Assembly (NCBI RefSeq): GCF_006345805.1
Contig: NC_043013.1
Location: forward strand, 48,422,001 to 48,486,000
Direction: 5' to 3'
Length of the DNA: 64,000 bases
Source of the DNA: Octopus sinensis
Lineage: Eukaryota
The notes under the pieces are model-generated. The model was not told where the DNA came from and ran no database searches. It saw nothing but the letters and a program-made list of their open reading frames with translations. Below, one piece after another: positions 13,172 through 26,357 of this stretch. The position numbers were made by a program, and so were the translations under genes. Position 1 is the stretch's first letter. Every line of letters starts with the position of its first letter.

Positions 13172-13664
13172 CTGAAATAATGAATAAGAATTTATATTTC
13201 TGGAGCAAAACTGAAGAACTAGGAACACCAAAAGGAAAGAATTAGAAATAAATGAATTTTAATAATATATTTATACTTGTTATGACGAGTGTTGTGGTTG
13301 ATCCAATCAACGGAGCAGTGATATTAATGGTTGAGTACTCCACAGATACACATATTCTTAATGTAGTTTTCAGGGAGATTCAGTGTGACACAAAATGTGA
13401 CAAGGATGGACCTTTGAAACACAGATGCTCCTCATTTTTGCCAGCCGAGTGGACTGAAGCAAAGTGAAATAAAATATCTTGCTCGAGGGCACTGCCCCAC
13501 CAGGAATTGCAATCAACAAGCAAACCAAACAATTGTGCCACCAGCACCTGTTCTGGTACTGTTTCTCTATATATCACAGTCGGGGAGATGAATCGCTGTT
13601 ATCTCTAGCGATCAAGCATCCATCATTGATAAGACCAAGGAAAGTTGAAATCACATGATCAGGT

Positions 13665-13969
13665 GTGGAGGCACATGGCCTAGTGGTTAGAGCAGTGGAC
13701 TCACAGTCGAGGGATCGCGGGGTCGAATCTCAGACCGGGCGATGTGTGTGTTTATGAGTGAAACACCTAAGCTCCACGCAGCTCCGGCAGAAGGTAATGG
13801 CGAAACGTCTGCTGATCCTTTCGCCACAACTTTCTCTCACTCTTTCCTCCTGCATCTTGCAGCTCACCTGCGACAGACCGTCATCCCGTCCAGGTGGGGA
13901 ACCTACACGCCAAGGAAACCGGGAAACCAGCCCTTATGAGCCAGGCATGACTCGAGAAGGAACAAACAA
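13665..13969 (+). mobile_element. tRNA-derived SINE, family B
   Basis: A-box/B-box head (tggcctagtggttag...ggtcgaatct); 12-bp TSD acatgatcaggt. Confidence 0.9.
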
Positions 13970-14578
13970 ACATGATCAGGTAGTCTCAGTGCTCGAAGTG
14001 GTAGGGATTCATCTCCCCACTAGCAATATAAACAAGTGTGCATTTGGCACCAAAAGCCAATACGTGAGTTTCTCTCATGGTAACTACCACAGCAAAGTTT
14101 GTTCCAACAGAACATCCACATTTAAGTGGGGATAATAATTACCCCCCAGTTTTTGTAGTTCCTCAGTCACTAATATACATACAAACCATGTCATTGCATC
14201 TTCTTTCTTGTACTACACATCTCTGATGCCCAGTTTTTCCCCCAAACATTTGTACGATTTTATTAAATGCATGCTAACATCACACACCCAACCTAACAGG
14301 TTGGTTCATTTTTTTTCATCCCATACTCAGCATCCATGTATCACTACTAAGCAACATTACTCTAATGTATTTCCTAGAGAGGGTAAAATTTTCCTAACAA
14401 GCATGCATGTCTGAGTAGTGGGTGATCTGGTAGCTGATCACACTGACATAAACCACTCACAGACCATCTCCAGCCCCTGGTTCATAGATGTACTGGCTCC
14501 TCTTTCTACCACTACTATAATGGTTTCTGTTCTTCAGAGCTGGCTGGTCACATGCCACCTCAACATAAACATTCTTAA

Positions 14579-14799
14579 CCCTTTCGTTACTGTATTTATT
14601 TTGAGATGCTCTGTGTTTCTTTCAATTAATTTTAAATATAACAAAGAATTTAGTAAAATAACTTAGTTATCATTAAGCTAGTGTTAGGAACATAAATTGT
14701 GACTAAGGTTTGGTAGAAGATTTTAATTCAAAACTTATGGAAGCAAGACATTTGTACTCAGAGCCAGAGGCGGTTTCAGCCGGGTCGGTAACGAAAGGG
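14579..14799. mobile_element. piggyBac-like MITE, second family
   Basis: TTAA|ccctttcgttac...gtaacgaaaggg|TTAA. Confidence 0.85.
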
Positions 14800-15190
14800 T
14801 TAACTCACTTGTTTTTCCTCCTCAGCACTCATCTTGTGTCCAACACCTCAGGCCCTGCACTAACCACTATACTCAGTCTTTCCTCCCCTCAACATCAAGC
14901 AGCTTGCAGATTTGACACTGATATCACACAATTTTTATTCAGTTACTTCTCTTGTAGACAGGTTACCTTCACTGCAAAGTCTTCTTCTCTTTAGTGCTGG
15001 TGAGGCATGTACCCCTCAGCATAGGTTACTCATTAGTGACTTCAAACTACAAGCATAAAGGGTTCCAAGAAGCAAGGCAGTTTGGAAAAGGAAGATCTGG
15101 AAGCTTAAGGATCCTTTGAATAGTCAGAGATATAGGGACCTTCTAACTGAAGCATTTGATGATGATGAGGGGGGAGTTACAGACTTGCAA

Positions 15191-15577
15191 TATCTCTCTC
15201 TATATAAACGGCAGTTTGTCTGTGCGTGTTTCTGTGTGTCTGTTTTCTTGTACCCTCACCCTGACCACGGCTTTCAACCGATTCTGATGAAACTTGACAC
15301 ACACATAGCCCAATGTCATAATTCAAAACTAACGCAGCGAAAATTTTGAAAAGTTCCTCCAGTTCTGAAAAAAATCGATAAATTCGACATGGGGTCGAGA
15401 ATCAGAAACACAAACTGCAAACTGTCTAGGAGACGCAACTCCACCTTTTTTAACTAAAAAAAAAATTTACTATAATTTTTTTCCATCTTTTTGCTGTTTT
15501 TTGGCTATAACTCTCTAAAAATGCTTTATAGTTATTTCCCTTACAAACCTGAGCAACGCCGGGCGATACTGCTAGTA
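15191..15577 (-). mobile_element. Same Helitron-like family
   Basis: Near-identical reverse complement of 43394-43790. Confidence 0.72.
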
Positions 15578-15845
15578 GATGATAATTGAAAGTTACTATG
15601 AGACAACTTACTGAGGGCCATAGACCAAATGTGTGGGTGGTGCAAAGTCCCAACCAGACCTAGGGTGAGATGGAGGTGGAACCATGTAGTTGACAGGGCC
15701 ATTAGAGCAAAGAAACAGATTTGGAAGGACTGGAAGGGTGGTGGTACCAAGGTACTATATCAGGCAGCTAGAATGAAAGCTAGGAAACAGATATACTTAG
15801 CCAGGGGTGAAGCAGAAAGGAAGAAGTTTACCAATGTTCTGCAGT

Positions 15846-16245
15846 GGGAGTGGCTATGTGGTAAGGTGCAGGAGCGGCTATGTGGTAAGTAGCTTGCTAA
15901 CCAACCACATGGTTCCGGGTTCAGTCCCACTGCGTGGCACCTTGGGCAAGTGTCTTCTACTATAGCCCCGGACCGACCAATGCCTTGTGATTGGATTTGG
16001 TAGACGGAAACTGAAAGAATCCCGTTGTATATATGTATATATATATGTATGTGTGTGTGTTTGTGTGTCTGTGTTTGTCCCCCTAGCATTGCTTGACAAC
16101 CGATGCTGGTGTGTGTACGTCCCCGTCACTTAGCGGTTCGGCAAAAGAGACCAATAGAATAAGTCCCGGAGTTAATTTGCTCAACTAAAGGTGGTGCTAC
16201 AGCATGACCACAGTCAAATGACTGAAACAAGTAAAAGAGTAAAAG
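15846..16245 (+). mobile_element. SINE family A inserted in an RTE
   Basis: Short head duplication (ggagtggctatgtggtaag twice); RTE sequence resumes after the tail. Confidence 0.85.
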
Positions 16246-17894
16246 AGACAGTGTGAGGACCAGTGGCTTGAAGTGTTTCGGTTTGCAAGACAGTGTGTCA
16301 GGGAAAATTGTGATGTTGTGAGAGAGAAGTGTGTTCGCGTGCATGATGGTTCACTTGCAGTTAGTGACTGCAAAAGAGGCTTGGAAGTGCCACTATGAAA
16401 GGCTACTAAATGTAGAGAAGTCATGGCAGAAGGAGAGTCTGCCTAATGTGGATCCAACAGAGGGACCAGCAATCTGAATAGACAGTAACACTGTTGACAA
16501 AGCCATGAAGGATATGAAGACCAGAAAAGCCCCCGGCCCATCAGGAATCACCACTGAGATGCTTAAAATATCTGACAGTGTGGGTTATGGTCTAGTCACC
16601 CATACAGCTAACCAGGTGGTATACAACGGAGTCATACCCAATGACTGGTGTAGCAGCACCACAGTCAACTGCTACAAAGGTAAAGGCAATGCCTCATCAT
16701 CATCATCATCATCGTTTAAAGTCCGTTTTCCATGCTAGCATGGGTTGGACGATTTTGACTGAGAGCTGGCAAACCAGATGACTGCACCAGGCTCCAACCT
16801 TGATTTGGCAGAGTTTCTACATCTGGATGCCCTTCCTAACGCCAACCACTCCGAGAGTGTAGTGGGTGCTTTTTACGTGCCACCAGAGGTATCAAATTGT
16901 TGGATCAGGTGATGGAAAGGGTCATAGCTGAACTAATTTGGGAGAGAGTCTACATGAATTGCAGTTTGGTTTTGTGCTAGGGAGGAGCACCAGTGGTGCC
17001 ATATTTCTGGTAAGACAGCCGCTGCAGAAGTACCTAGCCAAAGATAAATCTCTGTACTTGGCTTTTGCTAACATGGAGAAAGCCTTTAACAGGGTCCCCT
17101 GATCCCTCCTCTGGTGGTCAATGCAGAAACTAGGGATAGATAAGTGGTTGGTGAGAACTACACAATCAGAACTATACAGATGCAGCCAGTAAGGTGAGGG
17201 TTGGCAATGACTAGAGTGATGAATTAAGGGTACAAGTAGGGGTTCATCATGGATCAGTCCTCAGCCCACACCAGTTCATCATAGTCCTCCAAGCAATAAC
17301 AGAGGAATTTAAGACGAGCTGCCCCTAGGAGCTTCTCTATGCTGATGACCTATGCATATGGCATAGTGGTTAAGAGTGTGGGCTACTAACCCCAAGATTC
17401 CAAATATTCATCAAATGTAAATAATGGACCTTGTTCTTGTAGCTGAATCACTATCAGGGCTAGAGATGAAATTTCAGATGTGAAAGCAAAGTCTAGAATC
17501 AAAGGGCCTTACAGTTAACCTAACAAAATCCAAAGTCTTAGTAAGTAGGAAGGCAGACAAATCACATATACCTTCAGGTAGATGGTTCCACTTGGTCTGT
17601 AGGAAAGGTGTAGGTAGAAATTCTATTAGATGCACCTGGTGCAAGCTATGGACACAAAAGAGGTGCAGCAATATCAGAGGAAGGTTAACTGGGAAAATAG
17701 TTTTTGTGTGTGGAAGGTGCACAGGTACAATAAACAATGTAAATGTACAGAAATGTCAGTGGGGCAAGCTAGAGGTAGTTGATAGCTTCCATTATCTAGG
17801 TGACCAAGTCAGTAGTGGAGGTGGATGCTTCGAGAGTGTAGCTGTGAGGAGAAGAATAGGCTGGGCAAAGTTCAGAGAGCTCCTACCTATGTTG

Positions 17895-18031
17895 TACTTG
17901 TACTTGTGACGGCGTTCACCCAGGGCGGGTTGAGCCAGCTTCTTCTCTGGTCCTAACGGCACCATGAACCATGGCGGCCCACGCTCGATGGACCCGTGCG
18001 AGGTCACTGGAGATAGCGAGTCATTCGCGGT
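17895..18031 (-). mobile_element. Short RTE-like 3' end of a different family with (CAAGTA)n tail
   Basis: Perfect 14-bp TSD tcctacctatgttg (17881-17894 / 18032-18045); minus strand encodes ...RAWAAMVHGAVRTREEAGSTRPG*; CpG-rich. Confidence 0.8.
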
Positions 18032-19267
18032 TCCTACCTATGTTGGCAACAAAGAGCCTCTCTCTCAGAGTGAAAGGCAGACTGTATGATGCCTGTGTGC
18101 AAACAACTATGCTACATGGCAGTGAAACATGGGCTGTGACCACCAAGGACATGTATAAGCTTGAATGAAATGAAGTTAGCATGCTTCGCTGGATGTGTAA
18201 TGTTAGTGTGCAAGTACAACAGAGTGTAAGCATTTTGAGAGAAAAGTTGGGCATAAGCATCAGATATGGTGTGCAAAAGAGACAAGTGTGCTGGGATGGT
18301 CATGTAATGCATATGGACGAAAACAGCTGTGTAAAGAAATGCTGATCTCTAACTGTGGAGGGACTCTATGGAAGAGGTAGACCCAGGAAGACATATGGGA
18401 CAAGGTGGTGAAGCGTGATCTTCAAATGCAGGGCCTCACAGAAGCAATGACTAGTGACTGAGACCCTTGGCAAAATGCCATGCATGAGAAGACCCGTCAA
18501 ACCAAGTGAAATCGTAATCGTGTCATGTAAAAAGCACCTTTCGAGTGTTGGGCCTCACAGAGGTAATGTGGACAATGCAAGTGTTGTTCCACTGGCACAT
18601 AAAAAGCACCTTTTGAGCATTGGACGTCACGGAGGTAATGACTGAGATCTTCAGTGATATGCTGTGCTTCAGCAGAAGACTAATCAAGCCAAGTGAAAAT
18701 GTAGTCATGGCAGATACTGGTGTCACACAACTGGCACCTATGCCGGTGGCACATAAAAGCACCCATTACATTCTCAGAGTGGTTAGCATCAGGAAGGGCA
18801 TCCATCCATAGAGACCATGACAAATCAGACTGGAGTCTGGTGCAGCCCCTCAGCTTACCAGCCCTGGTCAAACTGTCCCACCCATGCCAACACAGACAAC
18901 GGACATTAAATGATGATGATGACGATTCTCATAGTTGGGGCTTCACTGTGACTTAGCGAATCTACTACTCAGTGCAGTTTTTAATCCAGTGTTACATGTC
19001 TACGTGTCAGTGGTTTGGTGTACAAGGATATCACTACACTTAATTTATAAATGAAGGTTTCCAGTTCAGATCTATTCTGAAATTATGTCTGTATCCAAGA
19101 ATGATTATTGGAGAATAAACACATCAAAACTGTATAGTAATAAATATTGCAAATATAAACTCTATAGATGAAGTTAACAGTTCAAAACATTATAATCATC
19201 AACAATCAACATCCATTTTCCATGCTGGCATGGGTTGGAAGGCTTGACAGGAACTGACAAGGCCAGG

Positions 19268-19560
19268 TTTGTTACTTCTCGAGCCATGCCTGGCTCATAA
19301 GGGCCGGTTTCCTTGGCGTATAGGTTCCCCACCTGGACGGGACGCCGGTCCGTCGCAGGTGAGCTGCAAGATGCAGGAGGAAAGAGTGAGAGTAAGTTGT
19401 GGCGAAAGAGTCAGCAGAGGTTCGCCATTATCTTCTGCCGGAGCTGCGTGGAGCTTAGGTGTTTTGCTCATAAACATACACATCGCCCGGTCTGAGATTC
19501 GAACCCATGATCCCTCGACTGTGAGTCCGCTGCTCTAACCACTAGGCCATGTGCCTCCAC
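19268..19560 (-). mobile_element. tRNA-derived SINE, family B, inserted in an old RTE tail
   Basis: 15-bp TSD actgacaaggccagg. Confidence 0.9.
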
Positions 19561-20113
19561 TGACAAGGCCAGGGACCGTACCAGATTCCATAGTCTGTTT
19601 TGGTTTGATTTCTACAGTTTGTTGCCCTTAGCCTTCCACCTTCATGACATCCTTCTACTTATAAAAGACTTATACTTAGACTGAAATAAATTTTGTTCAG
19701 TTGTGTTGTTCGCTAACGTTATACTGACTTTGTATTAAACAATTTAAAAGTTCTGTCTCTTTCGTTCCAATAATGAAGATGGTAAAAAATTAGAATTGTT
19801 TTCTTTTGTCACAATTAAGATGAAGATGGTGACACTCATATTAGCTACGGCTCAATTATTTCAAAATGGGGCTTTTGAGTAAAATGGTAACTGCTTATAC
19901 CTTTACTGTTAGAGACACAGCTACATAGTTTACTATAGACAATGTTACTAATCACAGTATTCAACAGGAATTTCTTTCATTTGTAGGAAAAATCTGCAAA
20001 TACCAAGCAAAAAGCATTGTAACTATAGTAAAGAAAAGCACCTCAAAAACAGAAAATGGCTTTGTGGTGCAATGGCTTTTTAGCTTCTGTCCATCAACAA
20101 TTACATTCTAACC

Positions 20114-20314
20114 CAGTGGTTTTCAACCAGGGTTCCTCCAGTACAGTACAGGGGTTCCGCAAGAAGTTACAAAAATGCTAAAATCGACAGTAATTTTTAA
20201 TTCTCCTGTGCAGATATGTGTGCATAAGACAATTAAATTATTGCACAGGGGTTCCTCGAGCCAGTAGAATGTTTCCTTGGGGTTCCGCTTCAGCAAAAAG
20301 TTTGAAAAGCACTG
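20114..20314. mobile_element. hAT-like MITE
   Basis: cagtggttttcaa...ttgaaaagcactg TIRs; perfect 8-bp TSD ttctaacc. Confidence 0.88.
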
Positions 20315-22095
20315 TTCTAACCCCTTCCCAACAAGATTTCAAATATGTCATTCCTCTTAATAACATCTTTTCCATCTCATTCACATTATCTTTAAAAGTG
20401 ATCCTTACCAGTGCATAAGACTAAAAAGAAATGTTTCCAATAAAGAAAATCAACCCAACCAAACTTACCAAGCACTGGTTTTGTACAGTTATATAACCTG
20501 TCGTTCCTAACACGAAACTCACATTGTCTGGAGTTGCATTCGTCACTGGCCACTAGCGATATTTATGCCTGAGAACCATATTCAGCACATGAGAATCTTC
20601 TGGCAAAATTACCTGTAACTACCTGGACTGCAATGTGTTCTAGTGTAACGTGTTGCATTCAACATCCATCCTATTACATGAGGGAAATTCAGGGATCAAT
20701 TGCTTTTTGCGTTTCATTCTCAAAAACCTGCATCTCATCCCCAGCCATACTCCTCCATTTTACATAAAGGCATCTTCCATATACTCGAAACTTGTTTCAA
20801 AACCTAAACTAAAAGCTTCTTGAGATTCTCTTGATAACTTGATCTTAGTCAACGGCAACAAAACAGACATATTTCAGAAAACAAAACTGAATCTCATACA
20901 GTTTCAAAATCTCTGTACGTATTCAATCTAATAGTCTAGTTTTTGCAGAACAATTCCAATATTGCTTACAGTTTTGGTAATTGTAACTAACTTTCAAAAC
21001 ACTGCCTATAAAAGATGGTACGGCTAACCTTATGTCTCTCTGATATTTCTTTGCCAACCACACCTCAACTCAAAACCCCTTTAATGATTAGTCTTCCCAG
21101 TTCGTCAAAACCCTTTTATAAATGATAAGGATTTGTGCAGAGAGTGCAAAATCTGGTTTCAGCAGCATTTATTTAGAGGAGACATATCCCATCTCAGGAG
21201 AGGATGCCTGTGTTTAGATGGAACTCTCAAAGCAAAAGACCTACAAGCAAAATGAAGTTCTTTATTCTGTGCTCATGCGAGAACCATAACGCAACATTTG
21301 CACAACCATGGACCTAGCACAGCAATATTTTATCCTTCAAGATTCAATAATAAGCATGTAATGTTTATTACTGAATTTAGATAGCATCCTTTAAACTTGA
21401 GACAGACACATCTAATCTCACTCAACTTATCCTCACCTCATAATCAATCATATCCGAGCTTCTTAACTCGTTGTCCTAAATATCTAGCGTAAACAAAATA
21501 AATTGTATACACTAAATAAAGGCAACACAGAGTAATTTAGTTCCAAAGTTGCTTTCCCATTTAGAAATAAGACTTATGGTCTTCAACGACCCAAGACCAA
21601 TGCCTCTCGTGAGATAAAATCTCTAGAGTTTGTAAATATTCAACAGATCCATAGAAATGGTATAAATAGCATAGGCAATTCTTGAGCAGAATTTGGTAAA
21701 ATTCTTACTTTATGATGATTGCATCATTATGAAGAATTCACTATAATAAACAACTTACTCTGTACTAGAGAAAGGGGTCTGCTATTTCATCTCTCCACAG
21801 AATAATAAATTAAACAAGATCCTGTTGTAGAATTCTGAAAGTTATGGGTTTGTTCCTTCAAACAGAAGAACCAGGGACAATTATTTTAATAAGAGAATGA
21901 TAAAACTGCTGGTTGGTACAACATTAGGTAACATTAGACTTGGTTCCATGCTACATTCGGTTTCAGGACTCTTGCCAATCAACAAATTACCAAAATGCGA
22001 AAAAAAAAGTTGGTAATTCCTTGATTATAAATTGTTAGTAAAAGAAGTCATCACAGATGGATTGTGTTAAGGAAATATTTGGAAAATAAATTCAA

Positions 22096-22300
22096 CCCTT
22101 TAGTGTTCAGATTATCCTATCAAACATAATGCCATTGATTTGAATTAATCATGCATTATCTCGTATCTTCAAGAGCTTGATGGTGTAATTACCTAATGTA
22201 GAATAACATTGTAGGGTAGGTGTGAGGGCCTGGATCTGGTCATGTTTGAACATAAAACAGATGAAATATTTTGGCCAGATATGGCAGGTTTAAATAAAGA
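22096..22300. mobile_element. piggyBac-like MITE in PSMD3 intron 1
   Basis: Reverse copy of 3513-3732 with one degenerate end. Confidence 0.75.
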
Positions 22301-22323
22301 GTATGGATAATAAGGGTACTCAC

Positions 22324-22450
22324 CTTCCAGTGTCAGTAAGTCAGGGTCTTTCTTCACTTCTTCTTTCTCCACCCCGTTCACCGCACCCGTCGTGCTACCC
22401 GGGCTCGACGCATCTTTCATCTCAACATCATTCACCACTTTCTTCACCAT
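22324..22450 (-). CDS. PSMD3: 26S proteasome non-ATPase regulatory subunit 3 (Rpn3), coding exon 1
   Basis: ATG at 22450; MVKKVVNDVEMKDASSPG...KKDPDLLTLE resembles the PSMD3 N-terminus (DVEMK...TLE). Ends phase 1 at a G|gtgagt donor. Confidence 0.93.
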
Positions 22451-22559
22451 ATTTTTTTTTTCCCTTTCTCAGCAAAAATCTGACTCGTAAATCCAATCAA
22501 TTCAAAAACAGGGTTTCGATAATTGCTTCGGCTTGTACCAGAAACAAGAAAGAAAGGTC

Positions 22560-22705
22560 GGGTAGATCTATATATAAATATATAAGCAGATATTTGGGTG
22601 TAATTAAGAGGAATTCACGACTTAACCGGCATGACAAGCACAATTACTGAAATGGTGGTTAGACCAAAGAGCAAAACAGCAGCTGATGAACGTGATTGGC
22701 TATTA
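22560..22705 (-). promoter_or_regulatory. Putative PSMD3 core promoter
   Basis: On the minus strand, TATTTATA at about 22571-22580 and GCCAATC at 22694-22700, 120-250 bp upstream of the ATG, followed by a CpG-rich stretch at about 23060-23280. Confidence 0.45.
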
Positions 22706-23436
22706 TTATAATTATTACTTTAAAACAAAATACATTATTTAATATTAAACCTAAAATTCGTTCTACATTTTTCTTCGACTAATTCAATAACTTATATTAA
22801 CAAAATACCATTTCGTCGAATATAAACATTATATTTTTAAGCTCTGCAGTGAATTACACTACATAGTTACGACAGAGCTGCCTGAATGTTATTCCCTTCT
22901 TTAAGCCAAACCTACGTATTTTATTTTATTAGTGCAATTTAAATTTCCCTTGAGAAACCCTGATTAAAGTATACGGGGATAATTTTGAAGTAAGGGTTTC
23001 CTCCTGTATCCTAAGTACCGAAAAAGGGTAATTTTTCAAAATTTAAAATAAACCTTTCGCATGAATGGATTCGTGCGTCTGCGGGCACGTGTTCCCCGGA
23101 CGCGCGAAAACACGTTTCTTTCCGAAGGCTTTTCTAAAAGCGATCGTTCTGTCTGAAAAGCGTTTCAGACTTCACCATATCGTTTTTAAAAGCATTCCAA
23201 CCGTGTCCATCCAAACGTAAGCCACCACGTCATTTTTAAAACTCGTGCCGCGTAACACAATGCAATCCAGATCACGTTGTTTGAACTATTAAGAAAAAAA
23301 ATGTAGGTGCCCTACTAAGCACTGCACTCGCCCAACAAGCTAGAAATAGCAGCTAAATTCTGTGATAATATAAAAATTTCGTAGTTTAAATTAACCCACG
23401 GAGAAAAAAGCATTAAGACATAAAAATGATGATGGC

Positions 23437-24173
23437 AATATCTAGATCCGCACCCGGTGGAAAAAATGGAAACTAAAATGTGTAACAGTTGTAAGGCATC
23501 GTATATTGACGGAATAAGACGGAAAAAAAGCGCGCTGACAAACGGGGTTGGGGGGGGGGGGGCTCGAGAAATTCCCAGGATCAACCGTAGAGGATCATGG
23601 AAAAAAATATGTGTAACAGGTGTAAGGCATCGTATATTGAAGGAATATGACGAAAACAAAGCGCGCTGACAAACGGGGTTGGGGGGTGGGGGGCTCGAGA
23701 AATTCCCAGGATCAACCGTAGAGGATCATGGAAAAAAATATGTGTAACAGGTGTAAGGCATCGTATATTGAAGGAATATGACGAAAACAAAGCGCGCTGA
23801 CAAACGGGGTGGGGGGGAGGGGGCTCGGAAAATTGCCTACGATTTAAAGAAAAATTTACCATCAATTTTCACCATTGTGTTTCTGATTCGCGACCCCATG
23901 TCGAATTTATCGATTTTTTTCAGAACTGGGGGAACTTTTCAAAATTTTCGCTGCGTTAGTTTTGAATTATGACATTGGGCTATGTGTGTGAAATGCGTTT
24001 AAAATGGTGAAAATTGATGGTAAATTTTTCTTTAAATCGTAGGCAATTTTCCGAGCCCCCGCCCCCGTTTGTCAGCGCGCTTTGTTTTCGTCATATTCCT
24101 TCAATATACGATGCCTTACAACTGTTACACATTTTCGTTTCCATTTTTCCCACCGGGTGCGGATCTAGATATT
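23437..24173. repeat. Fold-back element with internal 131-bp tandem repeats
   Basis: The inner parts of the arms (about 23821-23876 and 24003-24058) are exact reverse complements and the outer parts nearly so; about 2.7 tandem units on the left, about 1 on the right. Confidence 0.92.
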
Positions 24174-25927
24174 AACCACTGAAAAATTTAAAAGAAATGG
24201 GATGTCGATTATTATTTTTGTTATAGCTAACCTAGAACAATAACAACGTGGATCTCTACCTAAAACGAAAGATCGTCGAATCCTCTAGGCAGTCACTTGA
24301 TCTGTTAGAAATAGCAGCTAGATCATTATGGAAACCTCTTCATGGCGTAACTTCGGTATAGGTACCGGATACATTTCAAGAAAGTGTTTTTATATATATA
24401 TATATGGGGGTTAGGGGTGGGAGAAAAGGGTTTCTGTTATCTTCAGAAATGTAAACAAAGCCATACCGAAGGATCGCCGAGGATTCCTTGTTGGTTGAGA
24501 GATGGGGTGGTTGATGTTGTTTAGTTATGAGCCAATAAACTTATGGTCATAGCTGCTATTTCTAGCATGCTGTAAGACAGCAGTACATGCAGGCATATAC
24601 GCAAATCGCACTTTATTGCTATTGTTGTTTAACTAGCTCCTGCAGACCCATGCTTGAAACCATTCCACACAAGAACATCATATTTATTTTTTCAGTCAGA
24701 CCAAATTACCCAATGTGCCTTCAGAACAGTGGAGACATTTTGGGTTGAAATAAAAAAAATATGAGGTGGTCACATTTGGAATACGAGAAGGTCACGGTTG
24801 AAACGCATTTAAAAAAACGCACATGAATCTACGCATTCACAAGAATCAAACTGGTTCCTCTTATAACTGGGAATTTTCAGAACAGTTCTTGCGAATTTGA
24901 ATTCTACACACGGGAATTCATAGGATGAAGCAAAAAAAAAAATGTGTGTTTGTAATTTAAGGGCGATTTAGCGGTGGTTTTTAGCACATCCCACGACCAC
25001 CTTGATACCGTTTTCGTTTCTTTATCACTTTAACATGTAGTGATGTTTTTCAGCATCTTCCTTCTTATAAATGCATTTAATGGAATGATGATACCAAGAA
25101 TGGTCCACTGCTAGGATTTAAGCAAAAAATTCAGATTCTGTATTTTAAACTCTGATTTTTATTAAAAAAAGTTCGTAAAAGAGTGGAAATTTTAGGATTT
25201 GTTGGGGGAAGGGGCTTTAAAAAGTGAATTTTTTTTTCCATTACCGTGTAAATTCCCATGTGTAGAAAACAAATTTGCAAAACTTTCTGAAAATTCAAAA
25301 AAATTGAAAAGCTATGAGGGGTTATATGAGGTGCTTAAACCAGGATTCCCACACTACAGGTTGCACCCTCTCAGGATCTTTCAATTTGGGTTACATAGCC
25401 CCAATTTTTTTATTATTATTATTATTATTAAATTCAAGAATGTAGTTTTGTGTGCAAATTAAAATCACACGCAATTTTTAGAGAAATTAATAAAAATGTT
25501 AGAAACTTTTGATTAAAATTTTTGGTAATTATACTTAGTCCAAACAGAAATCGCCAATGCTAAATATGATTTTCCACTGCAAGGACCTTGATTAGCTAGA
25601 AATAACAGTCAAGTCTCTTTCAAACCCTCTCAACTCTTACATCATGTAAAAGAAAACATTGATTAGCTGAAAGAGTTAAGGTTTGGGACTAGGGTTTAGG
25701 GTTTAGTCGTAATCTATATTTTTCCAAAAACATTTCAAAAATAAATTAAAATTAAAAAATTGGAGGTGGGAATGTGAAATTTTGAAAAGCTGTTTTGGGG
25801 GTAAAATCAGAATCTACTGTCAAAAATCCCAACTTTTTTTAATAAAAGGAAAAGGGGTAGGGTACATATTTGACATATGCATCCAAAATTTGTTTAACCC
25901 ACCACATTTAAAACAAGCTGTGTGTCT

Positions 25928-26357
25928 TGAAACAGATCGTTACCAGTGTCGCCTTACTGGCACTCATGCCTGTGCTAGTAGGGTGCCAAGAGCACCATCT
26001 GAGCGTGATCGTTGCCAGAGCAGCCAACTGGCTTCCATACCCGTGGCACGTACAAGGGCACCATTCGAGCATGATTGTTACCAACGTCGCTTCACTGGCA
26101 CTTGTGCCGGTGGCATGTGTAAAAAGATTCGAGCGAGGTCATTGCCAGTACCACCTGACTGGCATGTAAAAAGCACCCACTACACTCTCAGAGTGGTTGG
26201 CGTTAGGAAGGGCATCCAGCTGTAAAAACTCTGCCAGATCAAGACTGGAGCCTGGTGCAGCCATCTGGCTCGCCAGCCCTCAGTCAAAATCGTCCAACCC
26301 ATGCTAACATGGAAAGCGGACGTTAAACGATGATGATGATGATGATGATGATGATGA
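25928..26357 (+). mobile_element. RTE 3' UTR/tail fragment
   Basis: ttaggaagggcatccagc...cccatgctaacatggaaagcggacgttaaac(gat)n. Confidence 0.85.

Larger units (their letters stand above)
15600..18927 (+). mobile_element. Decayed RTE LINE with nested insertions
   Basis: Same ORF2 motifs as 33801-36392 with many stops; interrupted by a SINE (15846-16245), an inverted RTE tail (about 16700-16885) and a 137-bp retroposon (17895-18031). Confidence 0.85.

Noticed and set aside
13665-13745. tRNA-like sequence (also at 19480-19560, 39121-39200 and about 17355-17395)
   Set aside because: A/B boxes are present, but they continue into SINE bodies with TSDs and have no complete acceptor stem.
22631-22639. 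ATGACAAGC as an Nrf1/CNC antioxidant-response element for PSMD3
   Set aside because: Spacing is TGAC-NN-GC, not the required TGAC-NNN-GC.
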